From NCBI RefSeq assembly GCF_009914755.1, contig NC_060941.1: 64,000 nucleotides of DNA, one strand, 5' to 3'. Below are positions 26,699 through 37,700 of the stretch, one piece after another. The position numbers and the translations under genes were made by a program. Numbering within the stretch: position 1 is the stretch's first letter; each line of letters starts with the position of its first letter. The notes under the pieces were generated by a model that was not told the DNA's origin, ran no database searches, and worked only from the letters and a program-made list of their open reading frames with translations. Origin of the DNA: the human T2T-CHM13v2.0 reference genome, Homo sapiens.

Positions 26699-29042
26699 TT
26701 GAGTCAGCCTCTCTTTACAGCCTTCTGTCACCCCAGGTCCTGCCCACCTCAGATCATGCTTGCATCCTGACTTTGGCCACAATCCTTCCCATCCAGAGAC
26801 TCAGTTTCCTGCATCCACAGAGAGCAGGTTTGGGACTTTTCTCCTAGGAATCAAGGTAAGAGGCAGCCTCTTGTGACCCATGTCAAACATTTATTCTGCT
26901 TTCTGCATGGTCATGGAGTTCCCCAATCTGACTGTGCCACTTACAGACAGAAAGAAATCAAGAGATGTCACTATAGCAAGCCAGCAAGAGACCTTTGTCT
27001 CTGATGGTTCTTGATGGTACTTCTTGAGCTCCAGTGGTGCAGCTGTGCATCCCAGTCTGGCCCTCACCTGGTCCTCATGTGTGGCCCTTTTTACATCTCC
27101 AACCCATTGCCTCTGCTGTTCCTTTCCAGGGATGCTCTTCTTGCTTCTCTGCCTGGTAAGCTCCTACTGGTCCTTAAAAGTCCAGTCTCAAAATCACCTC
27201 CTCTGAGAGGCCTTCCTTATCCCCACCCAGATGGAGATGGCTGCATCACCCAGGCACCCTCCTGGGACTTTTGCTCATGCATCTATTTATAGCACTCACA
27301 TGGAGTTTTGTGATTCCTGAGCTGTTTATCGGGCTCCTGACTAATCCCCAAACTCCTTGTATGCGAGGGCCTGTCTGAGTCATCTGGCCGCCAAGGAGGT
27401 TGGCACGGGACTGGAGTCGCTTCACCCTGGTCTGTGGATGCTTTCCTCCTTCCTTTTTTCATTCCTCAAATATTTATCAGGCACCTACTATGTGCCTGGT
27501 TCTGGGCTATGCATTGGGAACACAGCAGGGAATGAGGCTCGGATGGTCTGGAGGGAGAGCTGTGTTAAAAACTGAGTCAGTAACAAAGACATCAGCAGCA
27601 TAAGTGTTGTGCCTCAGTCTGGGGACCATGATGAGAAGGCCTCTTAGGGGTGTTCATTTAGGAAGCGGTCTGAGGGATGAGAGGGAACCAGCCCCAGGAG
27701 GCTTGAGTGGAAGAATGTTCTGGGCAGGAGCAGCAAGGGTGAAGCTGCTGCGGCAGGACCATCCCTGGCACATTTGAGGGGCAATACTGAGACTCTTGAA
27801 CATCCCAAGAAGCAGAGTGCACAAGGCGGAGTGTGGCCTTGTGCAGAAGTCAAGGCTGTTGGCCAGTGCCTGAACCCAGAAAACTCGCTGGACTAGCCTT
27901 GCAGTTCTGGTAGAAAGGAAGCTGCTCCTGGATGCCCATTTTACAGATGGATAAGCACAGGTCACCAGGGATGATATGGCAAGGATGGAGGCAGCCCACA
28001 GTGTTTTCAAACTCACATTTCCTGGGCACCTAGTGAGTGCCAAGCCCTAGGCCAGGTGTTTCCACTCCTGAACTCATGAAACGCTTTCAGAGACCTTATT
28101 GTCCCCATGGGATAGGTAAACTGAGGCACAGAGCTGCTCAGTGACTTCTTTAAGGTCATCCAGCTAGTAAGTGGAGGAATTGGTATTGGAACCCATACCT
28201 ATCTGAGCCCCAGACTCATGATTTTCCATCCCACTGCCTGGGAAGGGTGAACAGGAGACGCAGGAAGAGAATGGTGATGGCTGCAAGGCTTCCCTCTTAT
28301 CTCCTGTGGCTCCCCACTCTGTGCATGGGGCCCTGCATCACCCCCACTTTACACCTGGGCAAGCAGAGGTCAGGCCCGGCCTCAAGCCTTTCTAGCAGGT
28401 GGTGGAATCTGCTTCCCTCACGTGAGGTCCCTGACAGGGTACACATGTCTGCCTGGAGGCCAGGGGCTGACCCCTTGACCTTTGCCTGGTACATTCTGCC
28501 TTCACTAGCCCTGGCTTTACATCCAGAGTCATCTGTTCCCAGCGCCAGATTGGTCAGCGGTTCCTGAAATCCCCCGAGGTTCCGTGTGGGAGCAGAGGGA
28601 GGACTGGCCCATCCAGCCATTATGCAGATGGGCAGACTGAGATCCTAGGAGGAGAGGAGAGAACGAAGGTCCAGGAGAGAGCCAGGATGGGGCCTCGGGG
28701 CTCGCGGGATAAAATGCACCGCATGCCGCCTCACTCCCTCTGAGACACGGTTTCCCCCTGTGTAGAACAGGGGCAGCAGTAACCAGCCACGAAAACTCCT
28801 CGTGCTGCCTCGTCACCGGGCATCGCTGAGCTCACCACCGACCCCGCGCCCTGGCCGGGCGCCTGGAGCGCGGGCGCGGGCGACGTTTGCTGGCGCCAGG
28901 CCCTCAGTGCGTGTTAGCGAGCAGCGCCGGGAGATAGCTGTCACCGCCGCCCGCTCACAGATGCGTAGACTGAGGCTCAGGTGTCACCACCTGACCAAGG
29001 CTAGTTCCGCTACAAAGCTGCCGACTCGGATCCGAACCCGGG

Positions 29043-29136
29043 TCCAATTTACAGAAAAGGAAACTGAGGCCCAGAGACACTAGGGAGCTTGCTAGGGTGA
29101 GGCAGCTGCAGGTTCAGAGAGCCAGGAGGCAGCCCA
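29043..29136 (+). repeat. Left arm of 94-bp inverted repeat (MIR-derived)
   Basis: 90/94 identical to the reverse complement of 30903-30996. Confidence 0.95.
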
Positions 29137-29681
29137 GCAGCGCACTTTTAACCCCCGCCCACTTCGGCAGGCCCAGCCGTGCCACCTTTAGGGATCTCGG
29201 GTTTTTTCCAGACGACGCACCCAGGAGAACGCGCCCGCGCATCGCACCCGCCGGGGCTGCGGGTCTGGGGTTGCCGGGCTGGGCCTGGGCGCCTGCAGGG
29301 AGCAGCGGGCTCAGTGGGTCCCGGGAGTGGGTGGGGCTTGCATGTTGACGGGCAGCGCGAGGGGCGCGGCTTTAGTCCAGGGGGCGGAGCCTGACCGGAC
29401 CTGGGTTTTTCGGGCGGCTGGCGGACTTGACAGAGAGCGGGAGGGGCCCGGATCCTGGGCCTAAGGAGGGTGGGGCGTGTGCTTGACAGGCAGGGACAGG
29501 CCGGCGTCTGATAGGCAGAGGACGGGCCTTGGAAACGAAAGGACCAATCGGGCACGCAGGGGCGGGGCCTGAGTCAGCGCAGTTCGGCCGGGGTCTCCCC
29601 GGCGCTGCCCAGTCTGTCTCCGGCGCCGCCCGTCGCGGACTCGTCCTTGCTGCAGTCGCCGCCGCAGTCCTCGCCGCAGTC

Positions 29682-29705
29682 GCCGCCGCCGCCGCCGCCG
29701 CCGCC
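29682..29705 (+). repeat. (GCC)8 in the 5'UTR
   Basis: Direct count. Preceded by degenerate GCAGTCGCCGCC units. Confidence 0.95.
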
Positions 29706-29744
29706 GCTGCTCCTCCGCCTGGCCTGGGCCGTCTGCCCGCAGCC

Positions 29745-29789
29745 ATGAGCGTGCTCGGCCCCGGTGGAGCCCGCAGTCCTCTAGATTAG
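29745..29789 (+). promoter_or_regulatory. uORF MSVLGPGGARSPLD
   Basis: GCCATGA start (G at -3). TAG ends 31 nt before the main ATG. Confidence 0.7.
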
Positions 29790-29820
29790 TCTCCACCGCC
29801 GTCCAGGACCCACTTGCAGC

Positions 29821-29869
29821 ATGGAGTCGCCCGCCTCGAGCCAGCCCGCCAGCATGCCCCAGTCCAAAG
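29821..29869 (+). CDS. MAP2K3: MAP2K3 exon 1 CDS (MESPASSQPASMPQSK)
   Basis: Strong Kozak AGCATGG. Donor AAG|GTAGGC. Confidence 0.97.
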
Positions 29870-30902
29870 GTAGGCGCTCCCGGCCGGGACCTCGGCCTGA
29901 CCCCGCGCCTAATCTGGGGCCGGGCTGCAAACCCCGACCTTTCTTTGGTCCCACCCCATCCTGTTCTCGACCTGGCAGCGGCGTCCGGTCCCGGAACCCC
30001 TTCCTGTTCGGGGTCCCGGGACCAGCCCCCGCCTGGGCCCTCACCTGGACCCCCACGTTAGGCCTTGGGACTGCACTCAGGCCCGAGATCACCCAGGCTG
30101 GACCCAGACTAGGACTTTGTTCTGCTCACCCCATCCAAGTCAGGAGCCTCATTCTGACCTCATTTGGGCCTTATGGCTGCAGCCTGGACATGAACTCTCC
30201 CAGTCTTCTCCCTCAGCGGGACCCAGGTGAGATTCACACTGGCCTTCACCTGGGTCCTTGGGCAGCACCCAGTCCCATTTCTAGCTTCGGGTCCCAGGGC
30301 TGTATCCAGGTTGGGATTTAACTTGAGTCTCCATCTGGGCCCCAGAGTGCTCCTGTTGTTGCGGACCTCACTGTACCCCCTATGCGGGTGCTCTGGCTAC
30401 ACCCCAGCTCGGAACTCCCCGTCCTTCTCTCCCCCAGCTCTTCTTATCCTTATAGGCCCTATGTTGCCCCTTCCCTGGCTGGCCTGCACCCTGTCCTGCA
30501 GCCCTGGGCTCCCAGGAACCTTCCTTGTCCTCCCACCCCTCCCTAAGGTACAGCCCCCTCTCTACCGGCCTCTCTCTGTCTTGAGTTGCAAGCTTCTCCC
30601 TGCACTGGGGGTTCTCACCCCATCTTATTCTTGTCCTGGCTGCCTGGGATCTGGGCCAGCCGCCAGGCCAGGGTGCTGGCTGTGCAAGGGATTTGCTCTT
30701 CTCCAAGTAGCTGGCCTTCCTGGAAATTTTTGTGAGGTGGCAGCAGCAGGATTTGTCATGCGGAGGGGGAAGGATGAAACTCGGAGGGCAAAAGGGGAAT
30801 TTTTTTTTTTTTCAGGAAGAGGAAAGGATGTTTTTGGTGCGTCGGAGTTTCAGTAGGCTGGGTTGTGCGAGAGATTTCCAAACCGGACATAGCCGTAATG
30901 AA

Positions 30903-30996
30903 TGGGCTGCCTCCTGGCTTTCTGAACCTGCAGCTGCTTCACCCCAGCAAGCTCCCTGGTGTCTCTGGGCCTCAGTTTCCTTTTCTGTAAATTGGA
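30903..30996 (-). repeat. Right arm of 94-bp inverted repeat, inside a longer MIR (~30903-31110)
   Basis: GGGCCTCAGTTTCCTTTTCTGTAAA MIR core. MIR-like sequence continues to GCACCTGGCGCAGAG..GTGCTCA. Confidence 0.9.
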
Positions 30997-32854
30997 AGTA
31001 ATCGCACCTGCTTCTGTGGACGTGGGAGTGTGGTGTGGGGTGGTGAATAGTAAAGAGCTCTGAGGCGTTCTCTCAGCGTAGCACCTGGCGCAGAGCCGGT
31101 GCTCACCAGGGTACACTGGCTGCACACATCTCGCTATTGTTTCCATTCTTCTTGCTGGAAAGGCCTCCACTGCTGGAAGTGCAGCCGCAGAGTGAGCAGG
31201 AGGAAGCACCTAGCAGCGGGCACCTAGTGGGCACTTCATCAGGGGTCAGCCGCTCTTCTGTTCTGGAGGGTGCAGGCCAATGGGAGCCCTATGTGGGCCT
31301 GGGGAGGGCATGGGCTCTTCCTGGCCCCTGCTGCTGGCTGCTATGGTGGCTGGAGCCGGGTGGGCTGGATAATTATGCCTTACATAAGTGGGAGGCCGGA
31401 TCCCTGACCATTGCCCAACCACTGTGAGTAACTCGGGAGGCACTCGACGGGGGAGGTGTCTGGGGAGGGACTTGCACTGCACAGACCTCGTGGAGCTTGG
31501 GAACCAGGAAATCAGACACTTCTCCACTCTGGAGAGCTCGGGGAAGGGTAGGAAGCACTGTTTGTTTTGGAGGCTTTTTAGCTCTCCAGGCAGAGAATGC
31601 CTCATCAAAATAAAAGTTCCAGTTGCAGAGTTGTGAAAGGAGAGGGGTCATAGATGCAGTGAGAATGCTGTGAGAGGGCCAAAATGAACTTCTAGATGTG
31701 GACCCAGGTCCTAGATGAGGTTGAGGGGGCTGGATGGAGGGTCAGGGACCTCCCTCAGGCCCAGGGACTCTGTAGTCTCTTTGGGGTCTGGGGAAGGATG
31801 TGGTGGCAGAGCCACAATGCCCTTCACCAAAAACCCTATGAGCTCCTTCTTTTTTTCCATGTGCCATGCATTTTCTCATTTATTCCTCATAGCCCCATTT
31901 ACTGATAAGGAAACTGAGGCGTTAAGTGCCTTGCCTGAGGCCACACAGCTGTGACAGGCGGAGCTAGGGTTCCCCCTAGGACTGTGTTTCCACAGTGGCC
32001 TTCCCCGTGCTCCCCTATGTGCCCCTCCCATGCTGGATGCCTGAGCTGAGCTGGTGGGGTGCCCCCACCCCTGGCCTTGCTCAGAGCATGTGCAGTGGGC
32101 CTGTCCTCATGGCCACGTCAGACCTAGAGGACAGACTGAGGCAGAGGTGATGCCTCTCCTGTGCACAGCGCTTTACACTGGGCCTGTTGCATTCTCGCTG
32201 CAAAATCCCACTCATTTGACAGATGCAGAACTCAGCTTGGATGGAGGAGTGGCCGGACTGCCCCCATAGGTGGAGAGCCTCACTCTGTGCCCACCCCATC
32301 CTGGGCACTGGGCCTCCCAGCACTGATCCCTTCTCCACCTTCTCAAAGGAATTTGAACAAAGCAGGGAGTGGCTGGCGCTTGACCTTACTGGAGCTTTAC
32401 CTTTGAGCTTCCTGCCTGGCAGCAGGTGCCCTGCACTGTTTCCATGCCATGGGCCTGGGGAGTTTTCTATGAGTGTGTGAGGCCCTCAGGCCCACAGCTC
32501 TGCTGGTTTTCCCCTGGCCTCCTTGCCCACATGGCCATCTCTGGCTGGGGTTAGAGGCCAAGTGGCTGGCGCTGGGGCCAGTGGGTGGGGGCATGTGTGC
32601 AAGCCACATTTGTCCTTGGAGGGTACCACACGTGTCCTGTTGTCGTTCAGAACATGGGTTCTGCCCCTTCTGCCCTAAGAGTGCCACCTGTGGGAGCACT
32701 TCATGGCTAATCTTCACACAGCTTGGACTGTGGCTGTAGGACTCCTGACTGCCCGATGGTGACACTGAGGTTTCATAGAGCACTGTTGTATCCTAGCCCT
32801 GCCTGCTGTGGCCACCCCCCCAACCCCTGGCTGTCGGAAAGACTGGAGGTGGCA

Positions 32855-33024
32855 CCTCGGGGACTTCCCCCACCCCTCTTGTGACGCACAGGAAACTCTC
32901 TGTCAGCCAACCCATGGCCCAGCGCCCAAAGGGAGCAAAGTTCTCAGTTGGCCCGTGTGAGGAGAAGGCCGGGGCAGCGGAGGCTTCCGGCGGTGAGTCA
33001 GCGGGCACTGGGTGCTGACTCACC
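32855..33024 (+). promoter_or_regulatory. MAP2K3: Probable alternative promoter and non-coding first exon (ends 32992) for the short isoform starting at Met30
   Basis: Consensus donor GCG|GTGAGT at 32993. kB-like GGGACTTCCC at 32860-32869, TGACGCA at 32882-32888, twin TGAGTCAGC sites. A 318-aa MKK3 isoform is established. Confidence 0.65.
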
Positions 33025-35595
33025 CGCTGGGCATGCCAGCCGGCTGCCTACAGCTTAAAGGGGCGATGCCTGCCAGCCTGGTGGGTGGGGAGGGGGTTAC
33101 GTGTCCTGCAGGTGGCACCTAGCCCTGAGCTGGGGCACTGGAGGTGGCCCCTTCCTGGGCCTCGGACTGGGCTGGGAACCCCTGGGCAGGCCCTCTGTGC
33201 CCCACCCAGGAACTTCCTCTATTAGGCAAGGGGCTCTGCTTCCTCTTGCTCACAGAGCAGGAGCAGGTGGCAGTGACTGTTTACCACCCTTGGCCCAGGG
33301 GACACCTCAGGTTCAGCTGTGCAGCTGGGACTCAGGGAGGGTGAGGAGCAGAGGTGGTGCAGGGTCGGCTGGGGTGGGACCCGGCCTGAGCTCCTGGAAG
33401 ATGGTGATGTGGAGAGGCTAAGACCTCAGTTTCCAGAGCCTGACTGCCTGGGTCCAAACCCCAGCTCTGTCCCTTTTGCGATGTGACGTGGGACAAGTTG
33501 CATCTGGTCCACTCTCTGCACTCTGTAAATGATTTCTGTCCCCTGGGCATGGCCCAGCTCTCAGAGGAGAAGCTTCCATTTCCTCATCTGCAGACTGAGA
33601 ATGGGGACCCTGCTTGTCTGGATGTAGACAGTTCCATTCCACACTTGCTAAGTGTCAGGCACAAGTCATAGTGAGACTGCCCTCTGCCTGCAGAGAACCC
33701 AGCCGAGGCATGCCTCTGTCAGGCAGGAAGCCGGGGGGCCTGGGCTCTGCTGGGATGGCCCTGGGTTCGAATCCTGGCTCCACTACTTCCTTACCTGGGC
33801 AAGTCTTGTGCCCTCTTTAGCCCTCAGTCTCCTCTTCTGTAAAGTGGGAGTAAACATGCTCCCTTGCAGGGTAGTGGTCGAGATTGAAGATAGCATTTGT
33901 TAAGTGAATGGCACCTGTTATTATTTTATTATTGTTACTTTTGTGGGTGTAGTTCATTGGTAGGTGGATAAACAGTAGCAGGGCTTCGTGACAATGTGCT
34001 CGTAGGCGCTGTGACATGAGGCCTCTTGGCTGTAGGGTCCTTTCACGCAGGCCAGAATTTACCAGGCTTTAGGGCCTCTTAACCCACTGGTCCCCAACGT
34101 GGGGCTGGGGACTGCCCCTGGCCTCCTGGGCCTCCCTTGGGAGGGTGAGTGGGGAACAGAGAGCTGGGGCCTGCTCCTGCAGGCCTGCCCTGCCCCTGGC
34201 TTTGGCATGCAGCATTAACAGGACGAATATGGGGAAGGTGGGGTGGGACTGGGAATTAGAACTCAGGCCCCTGGGCCAGCCCGGGAAGCAAGAGGGCCTG
34301 GGGTCATGGTTCTAGGGGCTCAGTCCTGAGTCAGGGGTGTTGGGGGGTGGTGGGCCAAGCTGAGGGGAGCAACTGGGTGCCAGTGTCTTGGGAGGGTCCC
34401 AGAGGAGGGCTGCTGGGCAGCAGCATGGAGGACACAGCATTGTGGCAGGGCCCCACGACTGATGCCCACATGCCGTCCACGCCTGCCCTTGTCTGCGCCT
34501 CCTGGCGCTGCCCACCTCCATCAGGCCTGTGTGCCCAGTGGCTTCTGCAGATGCCTCCCCGAAGCAGTGGCCCTGGAAACCTCAAACAGCCTCTTGCCAG
34601 GGGCATGAAGGCCATACAGGGCCAGGGGAGGCAGAAGCAGTTTGTTGGGCCCCTTGCAGCTTCCAGATACCAAGCCTGACTGCGGCAGCTCCAGAGAGGG
34701 CCCCAGACTTTCTTCCCCTGACCCCAGTCCTGGGCACATGTCCTTGTCACCTCCCTGCCCTGCACTCCAGGGCCACCTTCCCTGGTTTCTCTGGGGAGGC
34801 CATGTCCAGCTGTCCCTCTCCCAGCTGGTCCCCTGCCCAGGGTGGCCGGCACCACCTCCTGCCATGTGGCCCATGGCCGGGATTGCACCTGGCTCTGCTG
34901 ACACCTCCTGGCGGCTATATCGAGTGCCCTGACTGTCCTTGCCTGCATCACTGTGCTGATGCCCCCAAGGGCTTCCAAGGCCCGTCCCAAGGTTTACATG
35001 TGCCAGTGTGTGCGGTGATGCGGTGACAGGCCAGGGGGCTGCCTCACTGGGGCAGGGCTGTGAGGGGCTGTGGATGCCAGCGGTGTGTTCAGACCTAATC
35101 AGGAGGTGTGTGGGGGCTGGGGAGCACTGCTGCCTGGGAGGGTTGCTTTGGCGGTGTCAGTTGGCAGCTGAGGCACACGTTGGAGGCCTGCCCAGGACGG
35201 CTCTGGATATGGGGATGGAGACAGCTCCCATCCCCTTGTCATTCTGCTCTTGCCTGGCTTAGCCTTCTGGTCAACCCATAGCCTCCTGCCGTTGGCATGG
35301 CACACGGCATCCCGGATGGCTGGGGCAGACCCCAGGGTGGCGCGGGCAGACACTCGTTGGGAAAGTCTGCAGGGACTTCCAGGTGGCAGGGCTGGTTCTA
35401 GGCCAGCTCCCTACCTACCTCTCAGGGCTGCTGTTGAGGGTGAATGAGACCTGGCAAGTCCAGGGAGCCCCTAGGTACCAGACAGCACTGAATTTGAACC
35501 TGATGTCTGTGCTAGCATTTCCATCACCAAGAACCCCGTTTTTGGTATGTCTCATCATCAATCCCATGCTTTGTAAGATTTTAATAGTAATGATA

Positions 35596-36536
<941 letters not shown>

Positions 36537-37305
36537 TTAAAGCCTGAGCATGGGGCCTGCCCCACAGTGTGGGAGCCTGGGGCCAGAGTCCCACCGATCT
36601 GACCCCTTTTGTGCTGGGGATTTTGTGTGCATGGACTTGTTTGGTCTTCACGGCTACCCAGCAACCTGGGTGTGTTGTCATCACCCCCATCTTAGGAGTG
36701 AGTAAACTGAGGCCTGGTGGGATAGTGACCTGCTCAAGGTCACGAAGGACTGTCCTGGGAGCATGGCTTTGTCTTTACAACTCCGGACCCTTGCTCATCC
36801 TTTCCCAGAGGTCATGGCCCCTTCACCCGTTCATAGGACGTCAAAGGAGGAAACCGAGGCTTGCACAGAGAGGGAGTGTGGCTCGCCCCCAGGCTGGCAC
36901 GGGCCGACGCTGTGGTGGTTTCTCCACAGAGGTGCGGGGAAGGCAGGAGCTGGGACCCAGGCTGGGGGCCTGACTCTGCTGCTGCCCTGGTGCGTCACCT
37001 CAGGCGTGTCCTGGGGCCCCTGGTGTCAGCATCTGCACTGGACAGTCTCTGGGGCACCCTCCAGCCTGAGCAGCCTGCTGCGGGGGCTGTACTGTGCTCA
37101 GTGAGCCTGGCTGCCCCTTCAGACAGAGGAGAGTGCTGGGGCTGGCTTCAAGCAGGCCTCTTTGTTTCTTCTTTTCTTTAAATTGCCTGCACTTGAGTAG
37201 CCTTTATCACACAGTGCAGGAATCTCAAAGGGACAAAAAGGCAGTCTCTTGTTTCTCCTCGGAATACTCTGCACACTCCAGCATTTTCTTTCCTTCTTCT
37301 TCTCA

Positions 37306-37700
37306 TTTTTTTTTTTTGAGACAGTGTCTTGCTCTGTTGCCCAGTGGCACAGTCATGGCTCACCACAGCTCAGACGATCCTCCCACCTCAGCCTCCCAGG
37401 TAACTGGGACTACAGGCACGCACCACCACGCCCACTACATTTTTGTTTTGTTTTATTTTTTGTAGAGACAGGATTTTGTCATGTTGCCCAGGCTAGTATT
37501 GAACTCCTGAGCTCAAGGAATCCACCCACCTTGGCCTCCCAAAGTGCTGGGATTACAGGCATGTGCTAATTTTTGTATTTTTAGTAGAGACAGGGTTTCA
37601 CCATGTTGGCCAGGCTGGTCTCAAACTCCTGACCTCAAGTAATCCTTCTGCCTTGGCCTCCCAAAGTGCTGGGATTACAGGCGTGAGCCACCTCACATGG
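37306..37700 (-). mobile_element. Antisense Alu plus an extra left arm
   Basis: Alu consensus. Confidence 0.85.

Larger units (their letters stand above)
28700..30100 (+). promoter_or_regulatory. MAP2K3: MAP2K3 CpG-island promoter
   Basis: CpG-rich. CCAAT at 29544-29548, GC box GGGGCGGGGC at 29559-29568, TGAGTCAGC (AP-1/ARE) at 29570-29578. No TATA box. TSS probably ~29580-29610. Confidence 0.9.

Noticed and set aside
29529-29744. Poly-Ala N-terminal extension of the uORF
   Set aside because: Starts at TTG upstream of the probable TSS; Ala run comes from the GCC repeat.
29821-30321. 166-aa ORF from the MAP2K3 ATG
   Set aside because: Read-through of exon 1 into intron 1; the real frame splices at 29869.
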